64,000 nt of DNA from Anaeromyxobacteraceae bacterium (GCA_047602405.1 JASGHJ010000002.1:768001-832000), one strand, 5' to 3'. Numbered from the stretch's first letter, positions 11,201 to 21,049 are shown. The notes: generated by a model from the letters alone, not told the origin. Translations and numbers: made by a program.

Positions 11201-11534
11201 CGAGTGCCGCGTGCTCGTCACGCGCCGCCTGCGGCCGCTCCGCATCGACGGACAGTGGGTGCACACCATCGGGCTCCCTTACCACTGGAGCTACCTCGGG
11301 CGCGTCACCGGCGACCCCGCGAACGAGCTCATCCCGTTCGTCGCCGACCCGAACGTCGGCATCCAGGAGTCGAAGGCCTTCACCGGCCAGATCCGGGCGG
11401 GCCGCCACTCGTTCGGCTGGCGGGCCGCGAGCGACGGGAACGCGCGAGGGGCGCCCGCGCCCGCCACCGCGGGCCGTGACCTGCCCGGCCTGCGCCGTCC
11501 GCTCCGCGGTCCCATCATCGAACCGAGGCGGTGA
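8252..11534 (+). CDS. fdnG: Formate dehydrogenase alpha subunit, selenocysteine-containing (TGA 8837-8839; apparent +1 frameshift near 9725)
   Basis: CPYCAVGC...CPKG; ENQARI-U-HSSTV; ALRGHASIQG; molybdopterin-binding C-terminus (TTYRLTEHH). The frame switches between IPTLYD and LLPGYL. Confidence 0.9.
8851..8869 (+). promoter_or_regulatory. Bacterial SECIS element
   Basis: Hairpin GGTCCCC-ggtct-GGGGATC separated from the in-frame TGA by 11 nt. Confidence 0.8.
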
Positions 11535-11539
11535 CCGCG

Positions 11540-12385
11540 ATGGCGCAGCTGGGCTTCTTCACCGACACGACCCTCTGCATCGGCTGCAAGGCGTGCGAGG
11601 TGGCGTGCAAGCAGTGGAACCAGCTCCCCGACGATGGCTTCTCGCTCACCGGGATGAGCTTCGACAACACCGCGCACGTGGGCGCGTCCACCTGGCGCCA
11701 CGTGACCTTCCTGGAGCGGGAGGAGCCGCTCGCGGGCCAGGGGTCGCCGCGGGACGGGGCCCTCGAGACGCCCGTGGCGCTCGGGCCCACCGAGCGGGCG
11801 CTCTCGAAGTTCTCCTGGCTCATGATGAGCGACGTCTGCAAGCACTGCGAGCGGGCGGGGTGCCTCGAGGCCTGCCCGACCGGGGCCATCCTGCGGACCG
11901 AGTTCGGCTCGGTGTACGTGCAGCCCGACGTCTGCAACGGCTGCGGCTACTGCGTCGTCGCGTGCCCGTTCGGCGTCATCGACCGGCGCGAGGAGGACGG
12001 GCGAGCCTGGAAGTGCACGCTCTGCTACGACCGGCTGAAGGGCGACCTCACGCCCGCGTGCGCGAAGGCGTGCCCGACGGCGTCGATCCAGTTCGGGGAG
12101 CTCGGCGATCTTCGCCTGCGCGCGCGCCGCCGGGTCGACGCGCTCGAGGCCCGCGGCGTGAAGGGCGCGTACCTGTACGGCGAGGACGCCGCGTCCCAGC
12201 CCGGCACCCAGGGGCTGCACGCGTTCTTCCTGCTCGCCGACCGGCCCGAGGTCTACAACCTGCCGCCCGACCCGGTGGTGCCGACCGCGAAGATCGTGCG
12301 GAGCTGGACGTCGATGGCCGCCGGCGTGCTCTCGCTCGCGGCGCTCGCGTTCGGGGTCGTGCTCTCCGCCCGGAGGGCGCCGTGA
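11540..12385 (+). CDS. fdnH: Formate dehydrogenase iron-sulfur (4x[4Fe-4S]) subunit
   Basis: CIGCKACEVAC, CKHC..CLEAC, CNGCGYCVVAC and KCTLC..CAKAC motifs; C-terminal TM helix. Confidence 0.9.
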   Translation: MAQLGFFTDTTLCIGCKACEVACKQWNQLPDDGFSLTGMSFDNTAHVGASTWRHVTFLEREEPLAGQGSPRDGALETPVALGPTERALSKFSWLMMSDVCKHCERAGCLEACPTGAILRTEFGSVYVQPDVCNGCGYCVVACPFGVIDRREEDGRAWKCTLCYDRLKGDLTPACAKACPTASIQFGELGDLRLRARRRVDALEARGVKGAYLYGEDAASQPGTQGLHAFFLLADRPEVYNLPPDPVVPTAKIVRSWTSMAAGVLSLAALAFGVVLSARRAP

Positions 12386-13617
12386 CCCGCGCCCTGCCGC
12401 CCGGCGCCGTCGGGCCCTCCGACGGGCGCAACGTCGACCTCGAGGTCGGCGCGCTCGCGGGCGAGGCGGCGGGGCAGCTCGTCCGCGTGCAGCGGGCGCC
12501 CCCCACCTCGATCGCGGACGCGCTCCCGGAGGAGGAGCGGGAGGGCACCTACCACGGGCTCCCGCTGCTCAAGGCGCCGGTCTGGCGCTGGGAGATCCCG
12601 GCCTACTTCTTCGTGGGCGGCCTCGCGGGCGCCTGCGGCGTGCTCGGCGCGGCCGCGCGGCTCGCCGGCGGGCCGCCGGCGCGGGATCTCGTGCGCCGCT
12701 GCGCGCTCGTCGCGACGGCGGGGGCGGGCGTGTCGGCGGTGCTCCTCATCCGGGACCTCGGCCGGCCGGAGCGGTTCCTCAACATGCTGCGCGTGTTCCG
12801 CCCCACCTCGCCGATGAACATGGGCACCTGGGTGCTCAGCGGGTTCGGCGCCGCCTCCGCGCTCTCGCTGGCGCCGCACCTCCTCCCGCTCCCGCCGGCG
12901 CTCGCCGCGGTGGGGGAGGGCGCCGGGGTCGCTGCGGGGGTCTTCGGGCTGCCGCTCGTCGGCTACACCGGCGTGCTCCTCGCGAACACGGCGGTGCCCG
13001 TCTGGCAGGAGACGCGGCGGGCGCTCCCGGTGCTCTTCGCGTTCTCCGGCGCCGCGAGCGCGGGCGATCTCTTCGAGCTGTGGCGCCCGCGGGGCACCGG
13101 CGCCGCCATGGCGCGGCGGCTCGGGCTCGTCTCGACGGCCGCCGAGCTCGGCGCCGCGCTCTGGCTCTTCCGGGAGGCGGACCGGGTGCCGCGGGTGTCG
13201 CGGCCGCTCCGGCGCGGGCGCTCCGGCGCGGTGTTCGGCGCGGGGCTCGCCCTCGCGGCGCTCTCGATGGTGGCGGGGCTCGCCGCGCCCCGGCGGGCGC
13301 TCGCCCGGGCGCGCCGGCCGGGCGCGCGCGACCGGCTCCACGCGGTGGCGGGGGCCCTGGGCCTCGCCGGCACGCTCGCGATCCGGTTCGGGATCCTGAT
13401 GGCGGGCCGCGCCTCCGCGAAGGATCCGCGGGCCACCTTCGAGCAGCAGCGCGCGGGCCACGGGGCGGAGGAGCTCGTCGAGCGCGGCCGGGTCCCGCGC
13501 CCGATGCCGGCCCCGCCGGGCGTCGAGCCGACGGGCATCGCGGCGGGCCAGGGGTTCCGCGCGGGCGAGGCGTGGCAGGGCGACGGCGCGGGCGCGCCGG
13601 GACAGAGGACGACATGA
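12382..13617 (+). CDS. NrfD/PsrC-family membrane anchor subunit
   Basis: W.WEIPAYFF.GG, DLGRPERFLNMLR..SPM and YTGVLL.NTAVP.W motifs; GTGA overlap with the upstream stop. Confidence 0.88.
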   Translation: MTRALPPGAVGPSDGRNVDLEVGALAGEAAGQLVRVQRAPPTSIADALPEEEREGTYHGLPLLKAPVWRWEIPAYFFVGGLAGACGVLGAAARLAGGPPARDLVRRCALVATAGAGVSAVLLIRDLGRPERFLNMLRVFRPTSPMNMGTWVLSGFGAASALSLAPHLLPLPPALAAVGEGAGVAAGVFGLPLVGYTGVLLANTAVPVWQETRRALPVLFAFSGAASAGDLFELWRPRGTGAAMARRLGLVSTAAELGAALWLFREADRVPRVSRPLRRGRSGAVFGAGLALAALSMVAGLAAPRRALARARRPGARDRLHAVAGALGLAGTLAIRFGILMAGRASAKDPRATFEQQRAGHGAEELVERGRVPRPMPAPPGVEPTGIAAGQGFRAGEAWQGDGAGAPGQRTT

Positions 13618-15035
13618 CGAACCGATGGCTGATCGCGCTGGCGGGCACCGTGGAGATGGCGTGCCTGGGGACCGTGTACTCCTGGAGCCTGTTCACCCAG
13701 CCGCTCCGGGCGGCGTTCGGCTGGTCGAGCACCGCCACCACCTGGGCGTTCGCGCTCTGCATCTTCGCGCTCGGCGTGGGGGCGGTGGTGGGCGGGCGCT
13801 GGCAGGACCGGGTCGGCCCGCGGCCGGTGGCGATCACCGGGGTGCTGCTGTGGGCGGTCGGGAACGTGCTCGCGGGCCTCGGGACGGCGAGGTTCGGCGC
13901 GCCCTGGCTCTACGCGACCTACGGCCTCATCGGCGGGTTCGGCTGCGGCCTCGGGTACGTGACCCCGGTGACCGCCGTGACGAAGTGGTTCCCGGACCGC
14001 CGCGGGCTCGGGAGCGGCATGGTGGTGATGGGCTTCGGCCTCGGCGCGTTCTTCTACAGCCAGATCCTGAAGGCCGTGCCGTCGTTCTCGGCGGCGACGA
14101 AGGAGTCCGCCCGGGCCCTCGCCGCGAACGCGGCGCTCTCGCCGGACGGCACGCACGCGGTCCTCTCCACCTTCACCACCTCCGGCATCGTCTTCGCGAT
14201 CCTGGGAGGCCTCTGCGCCGCGATGGTCCGCAACCCGCCGGTGGCGTCGCTGGCTCCCGCCCCGGCAACTTCCCCTGGAGCCGTCAGTCCCGAGCGTAGG
14301 GCCGGCACGGCCGGCCCGGAGACGAGGGAGGCCCCGGAGACGAGGGGCGGCCCGGAGACGAGGGGCGGCCCGGAGACGAGGGGCGCCCTGGCGGACATGC
14401 CCCCCTCCCAGGCCCTGCGCACCCCGCAGTTCTGGGCGCTCTGGGCGATGCTCTTCCTCAACGTGACCGCGGGCATCCTGTTCGTCTCGAACGCGGTGCC
14501 CATCCTCGTCGAGCTCACCGGCATGGCCGCGGCGAGCGCGCTCGCGCTGTACGGGTTCCTCGCGCTCTTCAACGGGCTCGGGCGGTTCTTCTGGGGGGCG
14601 GTGTCCGACCGGCTCGGCCGCAACCTCGCCTACCTCCTCATCTACGGCAGCCAGGCGATCATCTTCTTCCTCGTGGGCGGCCTGCACGCCGTGTGGCTCG
14701 TCGGCGCGCTCTTCGCGATCGTGCTCCTCGACTACGGCGGGGGCTTCGGGACGATGCCGTCCTTCACCGCCGACTACTTCGGGACGAGGTACATGGGCGT
14801 GAACTACGGGTGGATCCTGCTCGCCTGGGGGGTCGGCGGGATCGTGGGGCCGATCTTCGTCGCCGCGGTGAAGGACGCGACCGGCTCCTTCGCCGGGGCC
14901 CTGCCGGTCATCGGGTTCATCATGCTCGGCGCCTCCGTCCTGCCGCTCGTGACCCGCCGGCCGGGGACGGCGGCCCGGGAGCCGGCGGACCGGTGGTCGC
15001 ACCTCAGGCCACCCCAGCGGGCGGGTGCCCATTGA
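13614..15035 (+). CDS. OFA-family MFS transporter (oxalate/formate antiporter-like)
   Basis: GTVYSWS, KWFPDRRGL.SG...GFG and FNGLGRFFWGAVSDRLGR motifs; about 12 TM segments; ATGA overlap. Confidence 0.88.
   Translation: MTNRWLIALAGTVEMACLGTVYSWSLFTQPLRAAFGWSSTATTWAFALCIFALGVGAVVGGRWQDRVGPRPVAITGVLLWAVGNVLAGLGTARFGAPWLYATYGLIGGFGCGLGYVTPVTAVTKWFPDRRGLGSGMVVMGFGLGAFFYSQILKAVPSFSAATKESARALAANAALSPDGTHAVLSTFTTSGIVFAILGGLCAAMVRNPPVASLAPAPATSPGAVSPERRAGTAGPETREAPETRGGPETRGGPETRGALADMPPSQALRTPQFWALWAMLFLNVTAGILFVSNAVPILVELTGMAAASALALYGFLALFNGLGRFFWGAVSDRLGRNLAYLLIYGSQAIIFFLVGGLHAVWLVGALFAIVLLDYGGGFGTMPSFTADYFGTRYMGVNYGWILLAWGVGGIVGPIFVAAVKDATGSFAGALPVIGFIMLGASVLPLVTRRPGTAAREPADRWSHLRPPQRAGAH
14281..14384 (+). 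repeat. Palindromic element plus 4x 18 bp tandem repeat inside the MFS central loop
   Basis: CCCGAGCGTAGGGCCGGCACGGCCGGCCCGGAGACGAGGG followed by (g/c)CCCGGAGACGAGGGGC repeats, encoding GPETRE-APETRG-GPETRG-GPETRG. Confidence 0.8.
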
Positions 15036-15078
15036 CAGCCTCTTGACCCGGACGCCCGGGCGCTCTACCACCGGCGGC

Positions 15079-16299
15079 GTGAACGACCCCCTCGGACCCC
15101 TCCTCGCGGACGGCGTCATCGACGAGATCGTGGGCCGGCTGAAGAGCGGCAAGGAGGCGGACGTCTGGCTCGTCCGCACCCACGGCGAGGTCGCGGCCGC
15201 CAAGGTCTACAAGGCGCGCCACGTCCGCAGCTTCCGGAACGACGCCGCCTACCGCGAGGGCCGCCAGGTCCGGAACACGCGCACCCAGCGGGCGATGGAC
15301 AAGGGGAGCCGCTTCGGCCAGGCGGCCTCCGAGGACGCCTGGAAGGCGAAGGAGTCCGACGCGCTCCACCGGCTCCACGCGGCGGGCGTGCGGGTGCCGC
15401 GGCCGGTGATCTTCTACGAGGGCGTGCTCGTCATGGAGCTCGTGCTCGACGCGCACGGCCAGCCGGCGCCGCGGCTCGTCGACGCGCCGCTCGGCCGCGA
15501 GCAGGGGGCCGCGCTCTACGCGGACCTCCGGCGCCAGGCGACCGCGATGCTCGCGAGCGACCTCATCCACGGCGACCTGTCGCCCTACAACGTGCTCGCC
15601 GGCGCGGCCGGGCCGGTCGTCATCGACTTCCCGCAGGTCGTGGACGCCGCCCAGAACTCGCAGGCCGAGCGCTTCTTCCTCCGCGATCTCGAGAACGTCC
15701 GCCGGTTCTGCGAGGCGCTCGATCCTGCGCTCCGCGCCGCCGAGTCGGAGGGGCGCGAGATCTGGCGGGCGTACGTCCGGCGTGAGCTCACCGCGGACTT
15801 CGTGCCCACCGGGCGCGTGCCGGCGCAGGGCGGGCACCGCCAGGGTCAGCAGGCTCAGCAGGGTCAGCCGCATCACCCTCGGCATTCGCAGCCGCAGCAG
15901 GCGAAGGCGCATCCGCAGAAGCAGCGCCCGCAAGGCCAGCGGCCTGCGCAGCCGCCGGCTCGGCCACAGCAGGGACCGAGGCCCGCGCAGCAGGGGGCTC
16001 GGCCGCCACAGCAGGGCCAGCGGCCACAGCAGCAAGGCCAGCGGCCACAGCAGCAGGGCCAGCGCCCACAGCAGGCCCAGCGGTCACAGCAGCCGCAGCG
16101 CCCGCCCCAGCGCGGGACGCCGCCGGCGCCGGAGGTGATCCGGGTGCAGCGGCTCGGGCCCCAGGCGCCGCGGCAGGGCGGAGGGCATGGGCAGGGCGGC
16201 CAGGGCCACGGCGGTCACGGCCATGGCGGGCGCGGGCACGGTGGCCACGGCCACGGTGGCCACGGCCACGGGGGCCACCGGAAGCCGGGCCGCGGGTAG
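15079..16299 (+). CDS. RIO1-family kinase with Gln/Pro-rich and His/Gly-rich C-terminal tail
   Basis: LKSGKEA.V, AKVYK, IHGDLSPYNVL and IDFPQ motifs; low-complexity tail. Confidence 0.88.
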   Translation: MNDPLGPLLADGVIDEIVGRLKSGKEADVWLVRTHGEVAAAKVYKARHVRSFRNDAAYREGRQVRNTRTQRAMDKGSRFGQAASEDAWKAKESDALHRLHAAGVRVPRPVIFYEGVLVMELVLDAHGQPAPRLVDAPLGREQGAALYADLRRQATAMLASDLIHGDLSPYNVLAGAAGPVVIDFPQVVDAAQNSQAERFFLRDLENVRRFCEALDPALRAAESEGREIWRAYVRRELTADFVPTGRVPAQGGHRQGQQAQQGQPHHPRHSQPQQAKAHPQKQRPQGQRPAQPPARPQQGPRPAQQGARPPQQGQRPQQQGQRPQQQGQRPQQAQRSQQPQRPPQRGTPPAPEVIRVQRLGPQAPRQGGGHGQGGQGHGGHGHGGRGHGGHGHGGHGHGGHRKPGRG

Positions 16300-16308
16300 T
16301 CCGCCGCC

Positions 16309-17133
16309 TCAGATCGTGATCGCGAGCCCTTCCCGGGCCATGAAGGCCTCGGAGAAGAGCCGCTGGGCCTCGAGCTCCACGCGCGCGAGGAAGGCGTCGT
16401 CGTGATCGGGGTCGTGGTGGTACAGCGCGAGCCGCTTCACCTTGGCCTCGAGCGCGACCTCCACCGCCTGCTCCCAGCTCGAGTGGCCCCAGCCGCGGTG
16501 GCTCCGGAGCTCCTCGGGCGTGTACTGCGCGTCGTGGATGAGGAGGTCGGCGCCGCGCGCGAGCGCGACCACCTCCGGCACGATCCGGTTCCCGTGCTCG
16601 ACGTCGGTGACGTAGACGACCGAGCGGCTGCCCTCGTGCACCCGGTAGCCGTAGGCGCCGCCGGGGTGCGGGTGGCGGGAGGTCTCGACGCGCACCGGCG
16701 CCGGGAGGTCGAGCCCGCCGGAGGCGGGCTGCCAGAAGCGCACGCGCGCGCCCATGCCGGTGAGCGGCACCGGGAAGAAGTCCTGCTGCATCTGGGTCGT
16801 GAAGACGCTCTCGAGGTCGAGGCGGCTGCCGGTGCGGCCGGGGAGGGCGACGGTGAGGGTGCGCCGCGCGTCGTACGCCGGCTCGAAGAACGGGAAGCCC
16901 TGGATGTGATCCCAGTGCGTGTGCGACAGCCCGATGAAGAGGTTGTCGTGCTGCTCGACGCCGCGGGCGTGCATGTGGCGCCCCGCCTTGCGCAGCCCGG
17001 TGCCCGCGTCGAGGAACGCGATCCGCCCGGTCTCGAAGGTGAGCATGACGCAGGAGGTGTTGCCGCCGAAGCGCGAGAACTCCGGGTCGGCCACCGGGAT
17101 CAAACCCCGCGTTCCGAAGAAGGTCACCTTCAC
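16309..17133 (-). CDS. MBL-fold metallo-hydrolase
   Basis: GGNTSC, DAGTG, SHTHWDHIQGFPFF, GWGHS and HHDP motifs. Confidence 0.9.
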   Translation of the reverse strand: MKVTFFGTRGLIPVADPEFSRFGGNTSCVMLTFETGRIAFLDAGTGLRKAGRHMHARGVEQHDNLFIGLSHTHWDHIQGFPFFEPAYDARRTLTVALPGRTGSRLDLESVFTTQMQQDFFPVPLTGMGARVRFWQPASGGLDLPAPVRVETSRHPHPGGAYGYRVHEGSRSVVYVTDVEHGNRIVPEVVALARGADLLIHDAQYTPEELRSHRGWGHSSWEQAVEVALEAKVKRLALYHHDPDHDDAFLARVELEAQRLFSEAFMAREGLAITI

Positions 17134-17269
17134 GGTGCGTCTCCCCTGCGGGCGTGGCCGGGCGGCCCGCGCGCCGCCCGGACATGGTAACCGGGCGCGG
17201 GGTGGGGCGCTCGGTCCAGGGCCGGAGGGCTACCTTGGGCCGAACCGGAAAGAGGCCGGGGCCGGCGCC

Positions 17270-17527
17270 TCAGAACCGCCGCCAGACCTCGCGCGCGCCC
17301 GGAAAGAACCAGCCCACCGCGAACCATGCCGTCGACGCGAGGAGGCCCACCCAGCCGATGAGCCGGAGCACCGCGCCGCTCGCGGTCCAGGCGATCGGGT
17401 TGAGGAGCCAGAGCCACCTGCGGCCGCCGGTGACGTCGGAGGAGCGGAAGCGGGTGAGCCAGAACCAGAACACCGCCTGCACGGCGTAGAGGACGAGCCA
17501 GAGGCGGTCCGGGATGGGACTGGGCAT
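17270..17527 (-). CDS. Small Trp-rich membrane protein (85 aa)
   Basis: MPSPIPDRLWLVLYAVQAVFWFW..., with hydrophobic helices. Confidence 0.55.
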   Translation of the reverse strand: MPSPIPDRLWLVLYAVQAVFWFWLTRFRSSDVTGGRRWLWLLNPIAWTASGAVLRLIGWVGLLASTAWFAVGWFFPGAREVWRRF

Positions 17528-17590
17528 GGTGCCACCATCCTGCCCCACTTCGACGGAGCGTGCAGTCCTCCGGAACCTTAGAACCCCGGC

Positions 17591-18085
17591 ATGCCGACCC
17601 GACCCCCGTTCATCGTGTCCGCCGCCGACGTCCCCGAGACCGTCCACCGCTACCCCCGCAGCGAGGAGGGCATGGCGCCCTCGCGCGCGGTGGGCCGCGT
17701 CGCGGGCCTGCTGCGGATCGGCGTCCACCTCGTGCGCGTCCCGCCGGGCACGCGGACCTCCTTCCCGCACGCCGAGGAGGACGAGGAGGAGTTCGTCTAC
17801 GTGGTCGAGGGCGAGGTCGACGCCTGGGTGGACGGCGCGCTCCACCGGATGCGCGCCGGCGACCTCGCGGCCTTCCCGGCGGGCACCGGCATCTGCCACA
17901 CCTTCATCAACGACGGCGACCGCGACGCGGTCCTGCTCTCGGGCGGCGAGGCGAACAAGGCCGACAGCCGCATCCACTACCCGCTCGACCCGGGCCGCCG
18001 CGGCGACATGCCGTGGAGCCGGTGGTGGGACGACGTGCCGCAGCGCCCGCAGGGGCCGCACGACGGGCGGCCCGCGCGACGGTAG
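17591..18085 (+). CDS. Cupin domain protein
   Basis: HAEEDEEEFVYVVEGE...GDLAAFPAGTGICHTFIN. Confidence 0.88.
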   Translation: MPTRPPFIVSAADVPETVHRYPRSEEGMAPSRAVGRVAGLLRIGVHLVRVPPGTRTSFPHAEEDEEEFVYVVEGEVDAWVDGALHRMRAGDLAAFPAGTGICHTFINDGDRDAVLLSGGEANKADSRIHYPLDPGRRGDMPWSRWWDDVPQRPQGPHDGRPARR

Positions 18086-18193
18086 GCTCCCGGCCGGACC
18101 CGTCGACGGGGAGACGGACGCGGGCGACGTCTTCGCCTGGCTGCTCGCGAACCCGAAGCCCTGAGGCAGGGTTTCGGGCCCGCGAGGCCGCCG

Positions 18194-19906
18194 CTACCGG
18201 AGCGGCAGCGGCGCGCTCTCCTTGAGCTCCGGGAAGTCCTCCTGCCAGTACTCGTTCGGCCGGCGCGCGCCGCCGGGCACGTGCTGCTGCTCGCGCTTGC
18301 GCAGCTCGATGCGGCGGATCTTGCCGGAGACGGTCTTCGGCAGGTCGGAGAACTCGAGCCGGCGGACGCGCTTGAAGGGCGCGAGCCGGTGGCGCAGGAA
18401 CTTGAAGATGTCGAGCGCGAGCTCGCGGCTCGGCGCGACGCCCGGCTTCAGGATCACGTAGGCCTTCGGCACGAGCCCCTTCACGTCGTCCGGGCTGGGC
18501 ACCACCGCGGCCTCGGCGACCGCGTCGTGCTCGATCGCGGCGCTCTCGAGCTCGAACGGCGAGATGCGGTAGTCGGACGACTTGAACACGTCGTCCACGC
18601 GGCCGACGTAGGTGATGTAGCCCTCGTCGTCGCGGGTCGCGACGTCGCCGGTGTGGTAGTGGCCGTGGCGGGTGACGAACCGGTTGAGGTTGTCGTCGTC
18701 CTCGTAGCCGGTCATGAGGCCGGTGGGCCGGGGCGTGAGGTCGATGCTGATCTCACCCTCCTCGGCGGGCTTGCCCTCCTCGTCGAGGAGCGCGATGCGG
18801 TAGCCGGGCATCGGCCGGCCCATCGAGCCGGGCTTCATGACCTGGCCGGGCGAGTTGCCGATCTGGCAGGTGGTCTCGGTCTGGCCGTACCCGTCGCGGA
18901 TGGTGACGCCCCAGGACCGCTTCACCTTCTCGATGACCTCGGGGTTGAGGGGCTCGCCGGCGCTGAGCGCCTCGCGGAGCTTCACCGGGTAGGCGGCGAG
19001 GTCCTCGAGCACGATCATGCGCCACACGGTCGGCGGCGCGCACAGCGTCGTCACCCCGTGCTGCGCGATGACGCGCAGGAGGTCCTTCGGCACGAAGCGG
19101 GCGTAGTTGTAGACGAAGATCGACGCGCCGGCGTTGAACGGGGCGAAGAAGGTGCTCCAGGCGTGCTTCGCCCAGCCCGGCGACGAGATGTTGAGGTGGA
19201 GGTCGCCCTTCTTCAGGCCGATCCAGTACATCGTCGAGAGGTGGCCGACCGGGTAGCTCTCGTGCGTGTGCACGACCAGCTTCGGCTTCGCGGTGGTGCC
19301 GCTCGTGAAGTAGAGGAGGACCGGGTCGGTCGCGTGCGTCTCGGAGTGCGACACGAACGACGCCGGCTCCTGGTACGCCTGCTCGTAGCTGGACCAGCCC
19401 GGGACGGCCTCGCCCACGACGTGGCGGGTGAAGCTCCCGGCGAGGCCGCGGAACTTCTCGGTGGTGGCGGAGTCGGTGACGACATGCCCGACCTTGCCGC
19501 GCTCGATGCGGTCGGCCACGTCCTCGGGGGTGAGCAGCGCGGTCGCGGGGATGACCGCCGCCCCGAGCTTCATCGCCCCGAGCATGATCTCCCAGATCGG
19601 CACGCAGTTCGGCAGCATCATCATGATGCGATCGCCGCGCTTCACGCCGTGCCGGCGGAGGTACATCGCCACCCGGTTCGAGCGGTCCGCGAGCTCCGCG
19701 TAGGAGAGCCGCGTCTCCTGGCCGGACTCCTCCACGAAGTGGAGCGCGGTCCGGTCGTTCCCGTCCGCGATGATGTCGAACCAGTCGAGCGCCCAGTTGA
19801 ACCGGTCGAGCACGGGCCAGTGGAACGACGAGACCGCGGCGGCGTAGTCCTCCCGGTGCTTGAGGAGGAGGTCGCGGTGGCGGCGGAAGATCTCGGTCGA
19901 GGACAC
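18194..19906 (-). CDS. AMP-binding acyl-CoA synthetase (acetate/short-chain)
   Basis: YFTSGTTAKPK, DGYGQTET, YHTGD and LPKTVSGKIRR motifs. Confidence 0.93.
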   Translation of the reverse strand: MSSTEIFRRHRDLLLKHREDYAAAVSSFHWPVLDRFNWALDWFDIIADGNDRTALHFVEESGQETRLSYAELADRSNRVAMYLRRHGVKRGDRIMMMLPNCVPIWEIMLGAMKLGAAVIPATALLTPEDVADRIERGKVGHVVTDSATTEKFRGLAGSFTRHVVGEAVPGWSSYEQAYQEPASFVSHSETHATDPVLLYFTSGTTAKPKLVVHTHESYPVGHLSTMYWIGLKKGDLHLNISSPGWAKHAWSTFFAPFNAGASIFVYNYARFVPKDLLRVIAQHGVTTLCAPPTVWRMIVLEDLAAYPVKLREALSAGEPLNPEVIEKVKRSWGVTIRDGYGQTETTCQIGNSPGQVMKPGSMGRPMPGYRIALLDEEGKPAEEGEISIDLTPRPTGLMTGYEDDDNLNRFVTRHGHYHTGDVATRDDEGYITYVGRVDDVFKSSDYRISPFELESAAIEHDAVAEAAVVPSPDDVKGLVPKAYVILKPGVAPSRELALDIFKFLRHRLAPFKRVRRLEFSDLPKTVSGKIRRIELRKREQQHVPGGARRPNEYWQEDFPELKESAPLPLR

Positions 19907-20089
19907 GGGGGAGCCTCCGATTCAAGATGTGGGTGGGGAGCGGGAGCAGTCTGCCAGATCGACCAGGGGAGGGGGCCCGTTCCGCCGCGGGCCGCCGCGG
20001 TCACCCCGCCGGGGTGAGGAACAGCGCCGGACGGAGGGATCGGGTACATTCCTTCGGCTCGTGTCGGAACTCGCGCCGGAGGAAGGGAA

Positions 20090-20482
20090 GTGAAGGGTCT
20101 CGCCTGGTTGACCGCATGCCTCGCCCTCGCGGGCGCGGGCTGCGCGGCGCTCCCCGAGCAGCCCGCAGGGGGCGTGACGTCCCCGGACGAGAAGAAGTGC
20201 GCCTTCGACGCGGAGTGCCCGGGCGGGTCCTGCCGCTACGGGCGGTGCTCGACCCAGGCGGCGGAGAAGCGCTGCGCGTTCGACACGGAGTGCCTCGGCG
20301 GCGCCTGCACGTTCGGGCGGTGCACCACGCTCATGGCCTCCGAGGCGAACTGCGCGTTCGACACCCAGTGCCTCGGCGGCAGCTGCCAGCTCGGGCGTTG
20401 CTCGCCGGCCCGGCGCGCGTGCGTCTCCGACGTGCAGTGCCAGGGCGGCATGCGTTGCCACGCGGGCAGCTGCTCGTTCTGA
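20090..20482 (+). CDS. Cys-rich repeat lipoprotein
   Basis: Lipobox AGAGC; four CxxDxxCxGGxCxxGxC repeats. Confidence 0.75.
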   Translation: MKGLAWLTACLALAGAGCAALPEQPAGGVTSPDEKKCAFDAECPGGSCRYGRCSTQAAEKRCAFDTECLGGACTFGRCTTLMASEANCAFDTQCLGGSCQLGRCSPARRACVSDVQCQGGMRCHAGSCSF

Positions 20483-20519
20483 GCGCAGCCCACCTGGACG
20501 GTCGAAGGGGCCGACGCGG

Positions 20520-20816
20520 CTACGTCGTCTTCGCGGGCTCGAGCCGGCGCGCGTGCGCGATGGGCGTGGCGACGCCCTTCTCGTCCACGCGCACGCGATC
20601 GTGCGCGGGGCCGCGCCAGATGCTCCCGGCGATGACGCGGGCGGGGAGCCACGGGTAGGTCTCACGGCTCTTCTTCGCGACGACCACCACGGGAGACACG
20701 GGCGGCGCGTCCGGCGTGGCGGCCGGGACGCCGTCGGAGGTGAGGTGGATCGGCGGGTGATGGGCGCCGTGGGGCGCGCGCGGGCCGCGGCCGCGGTTTC
20801 TACGCTTCTTGCTCAC
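20520..20816 (-). CDS. Hypothetical basic protein downstream of infA
   Basis: ORF with upstream sequence not overlapping other genes; no recognised motif. Confidence 0.4.
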   Translation of the reverse strand: MSKKRRNRGRGPRAPHGAHHPPIHLTSDGVPAATPDAPPVSPVVVVAKKSRETYPWLPARVIAGSIWRGPAHDRVRVDEKGVATPIAHARRLEPAKTT

Positions 20817-20830
20817 GTTCCAGGAGCTCG

Positions 20831-21049
20831 TTACTTGTCGCGGTAGGTGATGCGGCCGCGCGTGAGGTCGTAAGGCGACAGCTCCACCTTCACGCGATCG
20901 CCGGTGATGATGCGGATGTGGAACCGCTTCATCTTGCCGGACGGATAGGCCAGGACGACGGGGCCCTGGTCAAGCTTCACCCGGTACATCCCACCGCTCG
21001 ACTCTTCGACCCGCCCCTGGACCTCGATGGCGGCTTCCTTCTCGCTCAA
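20831..21049 (-). CDS. infA: Translation initiation factor IF-1
   Basis: 72 aa; [37 protein letters not shown] start. Confidence 0.95.
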   Translation of the reverse strand: MSEKEAAIEVQGRVEESSGGMYRVKLDQGPVVLAYPSGKMKRFHIRIITGDRVKVELSPYDLTRGRITYRDK

